Shown one piece after another: positions 51,576-61,052 of a DNA stretch of 64,000 bases. Numbering within the stretch: position 1 is the stretch's first letter; the number at the start of each line of letters is the position of its first letter. Source of the DNA: a virus (Duplodnaviria > Heunggongvirae > Uroviricota > Caudoviricetes); IMG/VR virus record IMGVR_UViG_3300045988_149498; one strand, given 5' to 3'. Both the position numbers and the translations under genes were made by a program. Under the pieces are notes generated by a model. It was not told the DNA's origin. It made no database searches and saw only the letters and a list, made by a program, of their open reading frames with translations.

Positions 51576-52324
51576 GCGAAATTAATTACCAGGCACTGCG
51601 TGAGGCGGCGGAACGTGCAATTCCAGCAATGGAACGCCTGTTAATGTTGCCAGCTGATGATGATTTGTTAAGTGAACAGGAACTTAAAGATTACGGTGTG
51701 GATATTGATGCGCTCAACGCCTTCAAATTTCTGACCGGACCAGAAACCGTGCTGGCGCTGCTGGATGAACGGGAAAGAAACCAGCAATACATAAAACGCC
51801 GCGATCAGGAGAACGAGGATATTGCGCTAACGGTAGGGAAGCTGAGAGTTGAGCTTGAGGAAGTAAAACAACACGCTGAAGAATTATCCGAAACCAAGGC
51901 TGTTCGTAACCAATGGCGGCCAGATATTTGCCCAATAACCGGACGTGCATTTTTCATGTGGATTGAGCATCCAACATTGGGAAATGTGCCGACATATGGT
52001 GGCCCATTAGATAGTTACACCATTCCAACAAAGGACGGTGACGGTGAGTTTTCATGTGAGCGTTACGATCATGATTTTGGCGGTTGGGTAGAAAGCGAAT
52101 GTCTTGGGTTATATCTGATTGATGATAGAGAACAATGCAGGGTCTACGAACTGGAGGAACGCGTTAAGGAACTGGATGCTCGGGAAATATCGCTCCCGGA
52201 ACGTAGCAGCATGCTTCATCGAACAGATTTTCACGATGATTACCAAACGGTAATGGCATACAAAGTTTCTGAAGTCATCGCTGCAATCCGCGCCGCAGGC
52301 ATTCGCATCAAAGGAGGTGAGTAA
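51572..52324 (+). CDS. Ead/Ea22-like paralogue, 250 aa
   Basis: N-terminus NYQALREAAERAIP; coiled-coil middle region. Confidence 0.45.
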   Translation: MSEINYQALREAAERAIPAMERLLMLPADDDLLSEQELKDYGVDIDALNAFKFLTGPETVLALLDERERNQQYIKRRDQENEDIALTVGKLRVELEEVKQHAEELSETKAVRNQWRPDICPITGRAFFMWIEHPTLGNVPTYGGPLDSYTIPTKDGDGEFSCERYDHDFGGWVESECLGLYLIDDREQCRVYELEERVKELDAREISLPERSSMLHRTDFHDDYQTVMAYKVSEVIAAIRAAGIRIKGGE

Positions 52325-52496
52325 TGCGTGTGGCATGTATCGGCTTGTTACCGTACCCGACTCGTTTTTGGGCTTCTGCGCTAATTGCAAAGCCGTATGT
52401 CCTGATGGCTGACAACATCATCCCGGCACCAAAGCGCCGCCATACCGGTATTGCAGCGGCACGACGAGCAGCAAAGAGACGCAGGAGAGCAAAGCG

Positions 52497-52691
52497 ATGA
52501 AAAACCGTAAAGCAAAGATTCTGTTAGTTCGTAGAAACGCTCCTGGCGTCTGGCAGTGGGTGAGACTCAGCAACCGACGGATGGGGTTGATGAAATATTA
52601 CGGGATGATGGATTGTGGTTTTTGCAAAAAGCCCAGCGCGGCGCAAAACCGCTGGAAAAACCACTGTTATCTGCGCACTAAAGGAGAGTGA
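52497..52691 (+). CDS. Small basic protein, 64 aa
   Basis: ORF only; Lys/Arg-rich with CGFC motif. Confidence 0.25.
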   Translation: MKNRKAKILLVRRNAPGVWQWVRLSNRRMGLMKYYGMMDCGFCKKPSAAQNRWKNHCYLRTKGE

Positions 52692-52692
52692 G

Positions 52693-53208
52693 ATGGCGTT
52701 AACACACCGCGAACTCTGTCAGATTGCGTACAAGTTCCTTAAGCGCAACGGGTTCAAGGTTTGCTTTCATGACCGCTTTATAGCTGTAACCAGCACCGGA
52801 GAACAGCCAGATGCTATGGGATTCAGAAGTTCAGCATCATGCTTGATAGAGGCGAAGTGTTCTCGTGCTGACTTGTTGGCAGATAGAAAAAAGCGTTTCC
52901 GTAAAAATCCGTCTCTTGGAATGGGCGACTGGCGATTCTTTATTAGTGAGCCGGGAATTATTTCAATTGAGGATTTACCACCTGGCTGGGGATTACTTCA
53001 CGTTGTTAACGGAAGAGTACGGAAAGTACATGGGTGGCCCAAGGGTAATTGCTGTTGGGGTAATCCTGACGATAAGCCATTTACTGGAAATAAGCAGGTT
53101 GAATGCGATTACATGTTATCTGCATTAAGGCGCATGGAGTTGAGAGGGCACCTTAATGAAATATATGACGGTGTAATTGTTAATAAGAAAGAAGGAAACG
53201 CGGCATGA
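52693..53208 (+). CDS. Putative PD-(D/E)xK nuclease (MmcB-like), ~171 aa
   Basis: Start refined to ATG after AAGGAGAG; GEQPDAMGF...CLIEAKCSRAD pattern. Tentative. Confidence 0.4.
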   Translation: MALTHRELCQIAYKFLKRNGFKVCFHDRFIAVTSTGEQPDAMGFRSSASCLIEAKCSRADLLADRKKRFRKNPSLGMGDWRFFISEPGIISIEDLPPGWGLLHVVNGRVRKVHGWPKGNCCWGNPDDKPFTGNKQVECDYMLSALRRMELRGHLNEIYDGVIVNKKEGNAA

Positions 53209-53669
53209 TCACTATTACCAATAAGAAACAGTATCCCAGCGAGCAATATCTTAATGAGCTGATCACCAACATAGAGTTTGCTGCAAGGGCACCAGTTGAA
53301 GTCGTGAGAGCAATGGCAGCAGAGCTACAGAAGCGGCGCGAAGCTGATAGTGCAGAACCAGTTGCTTATATTTTCAAACATCCGGCCGGGAAATTATTCT
53401 GGGCTTTAACGGATGAAAGCAATAAAGAGCAAGCGGACGTTATTCCTGTTTATGCTGCCGCGCCTGCGTCGGTTGTGCCGGATAATGCATCAGAGCCTCT
53501 TGCTTATGCTTACAAAGAGCTTACGCCTGAGATTATGCGCAACCATTTAGCTGTATTCGAGCGATATGGAATAGCCCCAAACGATAGCACTACCACAATT
53601 CAGGCACTGCGAATCGCGCTGGATGGTATAGAGCGGAGCGACGCCATGCTTCAGGGTAAAGGAGGGTGA
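53205..53669 (+). CDS. Hypothetical protein, 154 aa
   Basis: ORF coupled to neighbours. Confidence 0.35.
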   Translation: MITITNKKQYPSEQYLNELITNIEFAARAPVEVVRAMAAELQKRREADSAEPVAYIFKHPAGKLFWALTDESNKEQADVIPVYAAAPASVVPDNASEPLAYAYKELTPEIMRNHLAVFERYGIAPNDSTTTIQALRIALDGIERSDAMLQGKGG

Positions 53670-53670
53670 T

Positions 53671-53880
53671 ATGGCTATTGCCGCAAGTTACACAATGCAT
53701 CTCTATTGTGACTGCCGCCAGTGTACGGAAGGTGTATATCCAGTGCCAGACTTCGGTGAGTATATCGGTACGTCATGGGCTGGCTGTGCAAAAGAGGCGC
53801 GCAAGGATGGCTGGCGAATAAGCAAAGACAAAACGCGTGCTTTTGCGCCCGGGCATAAAGTTTTGAGGATTAACAAATGA
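53671..53880 (+). CDS. Small Cys-rich protein, 69 aa
   Basis: CDCRQC...C motif. Confidence 0.3.
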   Translation: MAIAASYTMHLYCDCRQCTEGVYPVPDFGEYIGTSWAGCAKEARKDGWRISKDKTRAFAPGHKVLRINK

Positions 53881-54545
53881 CCACTATTACCAAAGAGCGA
53901 CTGCTGACAATCAAGCAGTGGCGCGAAACATACGGACCGGGTAGCAACGTTGTACTGCCAGCAGAAGAAGCGGAAGAACTGGCACGGATTGCACTGGCAT
54001 CGCTGGAAGCAGATCCCGTTAAACGAGTTAACTCAGATCAGATGCACCGAGTCTGCTTAGAAGCTAATCGCTATTTAGATAAATATGACGCGATGGCGAA
54101 AGAGGTAAATAAGTTGCTTGGACGCATCGCCCCGCCAGCGCCGGTATTGCCTCATGAGTGGAGGCTGTCAAATGCACAGGCGTTTATCGAGCGATACTCT
54201 CCGCCTTCAGTGGAAGAAGCCGCACTATTTGCCTGGAACTCCTGCCGCGCCGCCATGCTTCATGGTGCCAAACCTGTAAGCCAGACTTACAAGTTGAACG
54301 AGCTGGCTGGCAACTATCCGGTAACTCCGGATGGTTGGATAAGCTGTAGTGAGCGAATGCCGGATAGCAAAACAGCCGTTCTTGTTGCCAGGGAGTTTGA
54401 CAGGAAAGGTGACTGGCGAATGAAATGGGCGACTTACATCCCCGGGCATCCTGACGCTAATGATGGGTGGATAATTCCTGGTGCGTCGTGGAAACCGTCA
54501 CACTGGATGCCGCTACCAGAACCGCCGCAGGAGGTGAATCAATGA
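53877..54545 (+). CDS. DUF551-like prophage protein, 222 aa
   Basis: C-terminal WISCSERMPD...GDW...WMPLPEPP signature typical of DUF551. Confidence 0.5.
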   Translation: MTTITKERLLTIKQWRETYGPGSNVVLPAEEAEELARIALASLEADPVKRVNSDQMHRVCLEANRYLDKYDAMAKEVNKLLGRIAPPAPVLPHEWRLSNAQAFIERYSPPSVEEAALFAWNSCRAAMLHGAKPVSQTYKLNELAGNYPVTPDGWISCSERMPDSKTAVLVAREFDRKGDWRMKWATYIPGHPDANDGWIIPGASWKPSHWMPLPEPPQEVNQ

Positions 54546-54609
54546 GCTGGCCTGAAGCATTCACCACGGTAGGAATTGTGATGGCGGCAGCACTGGGTTT
54601 GTATTCAAT

Positions 54610-54861
54610 TTGTCGCTGGTGGTAACGATGGGAAAAATAACTTTTGTAGTCGAATTTGAGGATGGTAAAGAGCCACCTGTTAGCGCCAATCTTGATGTTG
54701 CTGGTGGCAGGCTTGTTTCGGTTCTATTTGGTGACTACCGAGATGATTTCTTCCAACCAGAAGAAGTTGATGTGGTGCGAGAGGCATTAAACGAGTTAAG
54801 TGTTGATAACGATGATGCTCATGCGGAAATCATCCAAAAAATGGAACTGCTAACTCACTAA
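54610..54861 (+). CDS. Hypothetical acidic protein, 83 aa
   Basis: ORF only. Confidence 0.3.
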   Translation: MSLVVTMGKITFVVEFEDGKEPPVSANLDVAGGRLVSVLFGDYRDDFFQPEEVDVVREALNELSVDNDDAHAEIIQKMELLTH

Positions 54862-54909
54862 ATTATCAATTATGGTGCTATCACCTACGACACCGAGAGA
54901 AAATTTATA

Positions 54910-55032
54910 ATGTCAAAAGTAAATGTTTTGATTTTTTCAGTAATTGTAGGTTTTGGTTTTTCTGCTGGAGTGCATATTTATATTACGTGGGAAAAAATCA
55001 TCAACTACGTATGGAGTTGTTTTATTAAGTGA
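54910..55032 (+). CDS. Small hydrophobic membrane peptide, ~40 aa (not in the supplied ORF track)
   Basis: ATG with GAGAGA upstream; MSKVNVLIFSVIVGFGFSAGVHIYITWEKIINYVWSCFIK; AT-rich context. Confidence 0.35.
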   Translation: MSKVNVLIFSVIVGFGFSAGVHIYITWEKIINYVWSCFIK

Positions 55033-55039
55033 GGTAAGT

Positions 55040-55333
55040 ATGTGGAGAGGTAATAGTCATGGCAAAAGCCAGATGATACTTACCGAATATCAGTTTGACC
55101 ATAAAACCAATAAATCACGTTCAGTATATTTGCTTCGGCACAATAGCCGCGTAAGGAATACCGTGCTGGAGCAAAATCTGACTGTTGAAATGGATAATTA
55201 CGGGGGCTTCAAGCCAACAATTTCGCTTGATGATTTTCCTCGTGGTTTAAGCGAAAGAGAAGCAATGCTGAAATTAGCAGAATGGCTACAAAGATTAAGC
55301 ATTGCTATTGAAGATAACTGGTCTGAACCTTAA
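55040..55333 (+). CDS. Hypothetical protein, ~97 aa
   Basis: Start refined to ATG after GAGGTAAGT; AT-rich. Confidence 0.4.
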   Translation: MWRGNSHGKSQMILTEYQFDHKTNKSRSVYLLRHNSRVRNTVLEQNLTVEMDNYGGFKPTISLDDFPRGLSEREAMLKLAEWLQRLSIAIEDNWSEP

Positions 55334-55339
55334 ATTTAT

Positions 55340-55714
55340 ATGATGACACTAAAACATTTTCTTGACCGCCCATTATGGGCGGCAGCCGCAGGCTATGACT
55401 TTAATTATATGGATTGCATGTCTTATACCGCCAATGCATACGACCATTCCTTCAGTCTGCTGTTTAATTCTTTAAGAATATTGCCGCAAACAGAAGTTGG
55501 AGAGCTTCATTTATGGCTATTGGGCTTTATCGCGGCTGGAGTTGGTATTGCTGTATGGCCTTTTATTTTCTGGCTGGTGGCTGTTGTAGTGTGGTTTAAG
55601 TGCAAGACGTACCGGAAAAAGTATTTCTTAGGTGATGGAATGACTGATATTGCCAAAATGAACATTGAAAAATGGACTAAGGAATGTGAAAAGAAATGGC
55701 GCAAAAAGAAATGA
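55340..55714 (+). CDS. Two-helix membrane protein with Lys-rich C-terminus, 124 aa
   Basis: Hydrophobic segment LWLLGFIAAGVGIAVWPFIFWLVAVVVWF; C-terminal KKWRKKK. Confidence 0.4.
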   Translation: MMTLKHFLDRPLWAAAAGYDFNYMDCMSYTANAYDHSFSLLFNSLRILPQTEVGELHLWLLGFIAAGVGIAVWPFIFWLVAVVVWFKCKTYRKKYFLGDGMTDIAKMNIEKWTKECEKKWRKKK

Positions 55715-56376
55715 CTACTCTAACGACAGCATACTTACAGCAATTGGTATTTTTTGCAGGCGAGGCTACTTGTCATCCTGACGCAAACTATTTATTGGAA
55801 TTTGAGAGGTTAGCGTCACCCGGTATCGTTCTGGAACTGGCCCAACAGGTGCTGGCCTTGAGACAAAAAGAGCAACATGAAAGTAATACGTGTAGATTGA
55901 ATTTTGAGCAGTGGCTGGAACAGCAACGCGGAAAAATCGATGTGGACTGTGGTTGTGTGTCTACTGAAACATTCATGCACTGGCTGCGGGTAGCTTACGA
56001 GGCTGGCAACTATCCGGATATTCCTGATAGTTCGGTGCCAGGGCCAGGAAAGGGCATCACCGGTGAACGTATCCGCATTAAACCGCATGTTTATCGCGAA
56101 CTGGTTAACCGTCTCCACGATACAGCGATCAAGTGTGCGGGCACCCAGCAATTACGAGAAAGAATTAGCCGTGTTTTGGGCGACGTTATTACGCCAGATC
56201 ATCATAAACAAGCCGAGAAAAGTGGCTTGGAAAGGTGTCACCTTGAGGCGGCATTAAACATTAAGCCGGGGCATACGCTTGGCATTATTGATGCACTATT
56301 GGTTCATAAGATGGCCAGGGCTTTATTGCCGCTGGTGGCTGAAAAGCATGAGGCGGACCATGCCAACGAAAGCTGA
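55696..56376 (+). CDS. Hypothetical protein, 226 aa
   Basis: ORF overlapping neighbours. Confidence 0.4.
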   Translation: MAQKEMTTLTTAYLQQLVFFAGEATCHPDANYLLEFERLASPGIVLELAQQVLALRQKEQHESNTCRLNFEQWLEQQRGKIDVDCGCVSTETFMHWLRVAYEAGNYPDIPDSSVPGPGKGITGERIRIKPHVYRELVNRLHDTAIKCAGTQQLRERISRVLGDVITPDHHKQAEKSGLERCHLEAALNIKPGHTLGIIDALLVHKMARALLPLVAEKHEADHANES

Positions 56377-56644
56377 GTTACAGGCGCGCATAGAGATTCT
56401 TGAAAAAGAGAATGCGAGTCTAAAAGGAATGCTGGCGCGGGCGGAAAGGGAATTATCAGGCAAATTATTGCCAGAAGAGCTGCCACCAGCAGATATACCT
56501 GATCGAGTGTCCTGGTGGATGAAGTATTTCCGTGCACCGTGGGAGGCGTTTTGGTGCTACGACCATCGCAGATGGTGTGATGAGCTTGATAGCAGTTTCC
56601 CCTATTTTGCGGAAGGGAACTCTTGCCCTGAATGTAGGAGTTAA
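56360..56644 (+). CDS. Hypothetical coiled-coil/Cys protein, ~94 aa
   Basis: Start refined to ATG after GAGG, overlapping the upstream stop; C-terminal CPEC motif. Confidence 0.35.
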   Translation: MPTKAELQARIEILEKENASLKGMLARAERELSGKLLPEELPPADIPDRVSWWMKYFRAPWEAFWCYDHRRWCDELDSSFPYFAEGNSCPECRS

Positions 56645-56876
56645 TGATGACCGGCGAGCTTTATTTTAAAATGTTTCTCGTTAGGAGTGCAGTCAAAATT
56701 TTTGGGCAATACAGGATCGAGAGGAATGCGATTAGGCATAGCTAATTCCTTATTAACTGATTGGCAACGAGGTTACGCTGATCCGTTGGTGATGAATAGT
56801 AGCAAAGCGCACAAAATCATCTGCGGTGGTTGATGTACATAACGCGTTTGCACCAAAGGTGTCTCTTTAATGTATA

Positions 56877-56892
56877 CTGTATAAATGAACAG
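56877..56892 (+). promoter_or_regulatory. LexA box (SOS operator) upstream of humD
   Basis: CTGTATAAATGAACAG fits CTG-N10-CAG; lies 22 nt upstream of the humD ATG within a larger palindrome. Confidence 0.65.
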
Positions 56893-56913
56893 TATTGTTG
56901 AGGTGAAAACGCT

Positions 56914-57303
56914 ATGGGCTTCCCTTCTCCTGCGGCGGATTATGTTGAAAGCAGAATTTCTCTTGATCAGCAACTAATCAGGCATCCATCAGCGACATAC
57001 TTCATGCGGGCGGCAGACAGCCATCACCGTGAGGGAATATTGCAGGGTGCTTTTCTGGTGGTTGATTCTTCGCTTACTCCAGTTGATGGTTCGCTGCTTG
57101 TCTGCGCTATGGAGGGTGAATATCGCATAAAGAGATACCGAAAGTATCCGCGCCAGCACCTGGAGGATTTAAGCACCGGGAAGAAAGAGGCGTTACCAGT
57201 AGATGACGATGGATGCACGGGCAGTAATGCTGTTTTTGGTGTGATCACTCATGTCATCAATGATGCCCGAAGTGGGGAGTTTGATGATTGTCCGGTTATT
57301 TAA
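56914..57303 (+). CDS. humD: HumD, UmuD-like S24 peptidase-family SOS mutagenesis protein, 129 aa
   Basis: N-terminus MGFPSPAADYVE and LexA/UmuD-like catalytic core; LexA box upstream. Confidence 0.85.
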   Translation: MGFPSPAADYVESRISLDQQLIRHPSATYFMRAADSHHREGILQGAFLVVDSSLTPVDGSLLVCAMEGEYRIKRYRKYPRQHLEDLSTGKKEALPVDDDGCTGSNAVFGVITHVINDARSGEFDDCPVI

Positions 57304-57375
57304 GCTGCAAAGAGCTGGTGCTTTATGCCTGTGAGGTTTATAATTGTGTACACATAACGAGTACACGAGGTGTTT

Positions 57376-57597
57376 ATGCAATCCATTAACTTCCGTACCG
57401 CGCGCGGCAACCTTTCTGAAGTGCTCAACAATGTTGAAGCCGGGGAAGAGGTTGAAATCACCCGCAGAGGCCGTGAGCCAGCAGTAATTGTCAGTAAGGC
57501 TACTTTCGAAGCCTACAAAAAAGCGGCGCTGGATGCTGAATTTGCATCCCTGTTTGACACCCTGGACTCCACCAACAAGGAACTGGTTAACCGATAA
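57376..57597 (+). CDS. phd: Phd antitoxin, 73 aa
   Basis: [39 protein letters not shown]... matches P1 Phd as recalled; coupled to doc. Confidence 0.9.
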   Translation: MQSINFRTARGNLSEVLNNVEAGEEVEITRRGREPAVIVSKATFEAYKKAALDAEFASLFDTLDSTNKELVNR

Positions 57598-57977
57598 TGA
57601 GGCATATATCACCGGAAGAACTTATTGCGCTTCATGATGCGAATATAAACCGCTACGGCGGCCTGCCGGGAATGTCAGATCCGGGTAGGGCAGAGGCCAT
57701 TATCGGGAGAGTTCAGGCCAGAGTTGCCTACGAAGAGATCACCGACCTTTTCGAAGTCTCCGCCACCTACCTGGTGGCTACAGCGAGAGGGCATATATTC
57801 AATGATGCCAATAAGCGTACCGCGCTAAACAGTGCGCTGTTATTTCTACGCCGTAACGGGGTGCAGGTATTTGATTCACCTGAACTGGCAGACCTTACCG
57901 TAGGGGCTGCGACCGGAGAGATATCTGTATCTTCTGTCGCCGACACGTTACGTAGATTGTATGGTTCTGCGGAGTAG
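57597..57977 (+). CDS. doc: Doc toxin (Fic-fold kinase), 126 aa
   Basis: [25 protein letters not shown]...[15 protein letters not shown] matches P1 Doc as recalled. Confidence 0.9.
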   Translation: MRHISPEELIALHDANINRYGGLPGMSDPGRAEAIIGRVQARVAYEEITDLFEVSATYLVATARGHIFNDANKRTALNSALLFLRRNGVQVFDSPELADLTVGAATGEISVSSVADTLRRLYGSAE

Positions 57978-58161
57978 ATTAATGGCACGTAAATACAACA
58001 AATTGTCCCGTGAAGCGTTAAAGATGCTTCTTGATGGCGTGAGTCGCCGCGAGGTAAAGCAATACCTGGTTGGTAAGCAAATTGGTGCCAGGACCGCTAT
58101 TGCTGTGTTATGCCGTCAGGAAATGGTTGTGCTTAAACAGAGAATGCCGGGCAGCAGATAA
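57961..58161 (+). CDS. Small basic protein downstream of doc, 66 aa
   Basis: ORF overlapping the doc 3' end. Confidence 0.3.
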   Translation: MVLRSRLMARKYNKLSREALKMLLDGVSRREVKQYLVGKQIGARTAIAVLCRQEMVVLKQRMPGSR

Positions 58162-58188
58162 AGCCCAATCAGTGATGAAAGGTGTGAT

Positions 58189-59232
58189 GTGAAAGCCGTA
58201 ATTACTCCCTTTGTACAAAAAGAGCTTGGCGTCGCCACATTCAAAGTGGATCAGGAAGTCAGAAAGCTGGTGGAGGCTGGCCGTAAATTTATTATGGAGC
58301 CGGTGCCGCGTGAGTTAATCGAGCACATGGACGACGGCCTCGTTGTTTCCGAGCAAACTATGGCAACAAATGAGGCGTTGCAGCCGTTTTTTAACAGCGA
58401 TGAACTGTTTCGCCGTATTGGTGGAATTGACGCGCTGGTGGCGTGGTTGCGCAGGAAAGAGGGGCAATGCCAGGCCGCAGATCGTAGTTGGTGTGACAAC
58501 CATATTGTCCACGCAGAACGAGACAATAGCGCGGTGTTGCTGTGCTGGCATCACGATAACCATTACCGGATGCGTGGTTTTAATGAGCTGAAAGAAACGC
58601 TGCATAATAATCGCGTTAACTGGATACTGGATGTCGCCCGTCAGGAAATGGGGCTTTCAGATGGCCATGATTTAAGTATTCAGGAACTGTGCTGGTGGGC
58701 TTTCATGCGCAACATGATGCACCTGATGCCGGAAGAAGTTTACCGTATATCAATAAATAAGATGAAAGCCGCAACGCAGGATAGCGGACCTCTGAAAGAG
58801 GCGGATATTCGCCCGTATGACGATCGCGCTACAGCATATGTTCAGATGATGGAAGAACGCGCCGCGCCGATGCGTGCAAAAGTATGCCCTGTGGATGTTG
58901 ACTCCGACCCTGGCATGGCGCATTTCAAAATACCAAAACTGCAATCGCTAAAATTACCTGAGTACATGGACTTTGTTGCTTCCCGTCCATGCTGTGGGTG
59001 TGGAGCGGCGGGAGCTGGCGCTCACATTACGCCTTATATCGTTCGTCATAGTCGATTATGCGCGCATGACATTTACGCAATTCCTCTGTGCCAGTCATGC
59101 CAGCGTGATATTGAGCGTGACCGCGATAATTGGGAGAAGACGCACGGTAGGCTGGCGATGCATCAACGATTGTTCTTTGATTACGCGCTTGGAGTCGGCG
59201 CTATCACAAGTCACTCGTCGAGCGTTAGATAA
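58189..59232 (+). CDS. Hypothetical Cys/His-rich protein, 347 aa
   Basis: ORF with [12 protein letters not shown] and C-terminal CCGCG...CQSCQ motifs. Confidence 0.4.
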   Translation: MKAVITPFVQKELGVATFKVDQEVRKLVEAGRKFIMEPVPRELIEHMDDGLVVSEQTMATNEALQPFFNSDELFRRIGGIDALVAWLRRKEGQCQAADRSWCDNHIVHAERDNSAVLLCWHHDNHYRMRGFNELKETLHNNRVNWILDVARQEMGLSDGHDLSIQELCWWAFMRNMMHLMPEEVYRISINKMKAATQDSGPLKEADIRPYDDRATAYVQMMEERAAPMRAKVCPVDVDSDPGMAHFKIPKLQSLKLPEYMDFVASRPCCGCGAAGAGAHITPYIVRHSRLCAHDIYAIPLCQSCQRDIERDRDNWEKTHGRLAMHQRLFFDYALGVGAITSHSSSVR

Positions 59233-59233
59233 A

Positions 59234-59250
59234 ATTGCTCTAATGTATTG
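59234..59250 (+). promoter_or_regulatory. Weak C1 operator-like site upstream of lpa
   Basis: ATTGCTCTAATGTATTG, 13 of 17 matches to consensus. Confidence 0.3.
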
Positions 59251-59320
59251 CTATTTCTTTAATCGAGAGTATTATATTCCACGTTGATTAGTTGACATGG
59301 GCTAATCAGTAGGTGACAGG

Positions 59321-59773
59321 ATGTTACTTAACTGGCAGGGACGCCACTTCATGGAAATAAATCACTCACGAATAACATCGTACGAGATTGCGGATTACAT
59401 GATCCGCACTAAATCTCTTCTATCAGCGAAAGAACTCGCAGCAATTCTTGAAAAGGAATACCCGCACCTGGATGTCGATAAGCGCGATGTTTATCTGCGC
59501 TTAAAGGCTATCGCTGTGTCTAAGTATTCGTCTGTTTTGATTGATGACAGTACACGCCCACGTAGATTTCAGATCCACTCTCTGAATCCTGAATTCTTTC
59601 GCCGCAGCCGCGCTCCGCGCCGGTTTGATGAAAAACTCCAGAACGAACTCTATATGACGCAGGACGAAAAGGAACGCCGGGAGCACCAGCCTTGGGTAAT
59701 GGCGCGTCAACTTTTCAATAAGGTGGCCCGTCAGCACCGTCATTACGGTAATGCCACATCCGCACGTATCTGA
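59321..59773 (+). CDS. lpa: Late promoter activator (Lpa-like), ~150 aa
   Basis: Small basic protein directly upstream of pacA; assigned by size and position. Confidence 0.45.
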   Translation: MLLNWQGRHFMEINHSRITSYEIADYMIRTKSLLSAKELAAILEKEYPHLDVDKRDVYLRLKAIAVSKYSSVLIDDSTRPRRFQIHSLNPEFFRRSRAPRRFDEKLQNELYMTQDEKERREHQPWVMARQLFNKVARQHRHYGNATSARI

Positions 59774-59858
59774 TTGATTGCTTGCCCGTTCCGGGCCTTT
59801 TGACATGTGACTTTCGTTACCCTCGCGTCAAAAAGAGTTTTTACGAAAGGAAGCATAA

Positions 59859-61052
59859 GTGACCTGGGACGATCACAAGAAGAATTTTGCTCGCCTGGCG
59901 CGAGATGGTGGTTACACCATCGCACAGTATGCCGCCGAGTTTAATCTTAACCCTAATACCGCACGTCGTTATCTCCGTGCCTTCAAAGAAGACACCAGGA
60001 CAGCGGACAGCCGCAAGCCAAATAAGCCTGTCAGGAAACCACTAAAAAGCATGATCATTGATCACGCTAATGATCAACGTGCAGGTGATCACATTGTGGC
60101 TGAAATAGCTGAAAAACAAAGAGTTAATGCTGTTGTCAGTGCCGCAGTCGAGAACGCTAAGCGCCAAAATAAGCGCATAAATGATCGTTCTGATGATCAT
60201 GACGTGATCACCCGCGCCCACCGTACCTTACGTGATCGCCTGGAACGCGACACCCTGGATGATGATGGTGAACGCTTTGAATTCGAAGCTGGCGATTACC
60301 TGATAGATAACGTTGAAGCGCGGAAGGCCGCGCGCGCTATGTTGCGTCGGTCCGGGGCCGATGTTCTGGAAACCACTCTTCTGGAAAAGTCTCTTTCTCA
60401 TCTCCTTATGCTGGAGAACGCCAGGGATACGTGTATTCGTCTGGTGCAGGAAATGCGCGATCAGCAAAAAGACGATGATGAAGGGACTCCGCCTGAATAT
60501 CGTATCGCGAGCATGCTAAACAGCTGTTCCGCGCAGATAAGCAGCCTGATCAACACCATTTACAGCATCCGGAATAACTATCGAAAAGAAAGCCGGGAGG
60601 CGGAAAAGCACGCTTTATCTATGGGGCAAGCTGGCATTGTTAAGCTGGCATACGAACGAAAGCGTGAAAATAACTGGTCAGTGCTGGAAGCAGCTGAATT
60701 CATCGAGGCGCATGGCGGGAAAGTGCCGCCCCTGATGCTGGAGCAAATCAAAGTCGATCTGCGTGCTCCTAAGACCAATACCGATGATGAGGAAAGGCAA
60801 ACAGCCGTCGGTGGCCCTTCTCTTGAAGATCTGGACAAAGTTGCGCGAGAACGGGCCGCCAACCGCCGCGCCGATGCCGCATTGTGGATTGAGCAGCGTA
60901 GGGAAGAAATCGCCGATATCGTTGATACAGGCGGTTATGGAGATGTTGATACTGAAGGTGTATCAAAAGACCCATGGCTGGAACAAGACCTGGACGAAGA
61001 CGAGGAGGAAGACGAAGAAGTTACCCGCAAGCTATACGGGGATGATGATTAA
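59859..61052 (+). CDS. pacA: PacA terminase small subunit, 397 aa
   Basis: GTG start; [38 protein letters not shown] matches P1 PacA as recalled; contains the pac site. Confidence 0.9.
   Translation: MTWDDHKKNFARLARDGGYTIAQYAAEFNLNPNTARRYLRAFKEDTRTADSRKPNKPVRKPLKSMIIDHANDQRAGDHIVAEIAEKQRVNAVVSAAVENAKRQNKRINDRSDDHDVITRAHRTLRDRLERDTLDDDGERFEFEAGDYLIDNVEARKAARAMLRRSGADVLETTLLEKSLSHLLMLENARDTCIRLVQEMRDQQKDDDEGTPPEYRIASMLNSCSAQISSLINTIYSIRNNYRKESREAEKHALSMGQAGIVKLAYERKRENNWSVLEAAEFIEAHGGKVPPLMLEQIKVDLRAPKTNTDDEERQTAVGGPSLEDLDKVARERAANRRADAALWIEQRREEIADIVDTGGYGDVDTEGVSKDPWLEQDLDEDEEEDEEVTRKLYGDDD
60052..60238 (+). other. pac packaging site with two clusters of Dam-methylatable hexamers
   Basis: Four TGATCA hexamers at 60052-60091 and four TGATC(A/G) hexamers at 60182-60238, separated by ~90 bp, inside pacA. 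Confidence 0.75.
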
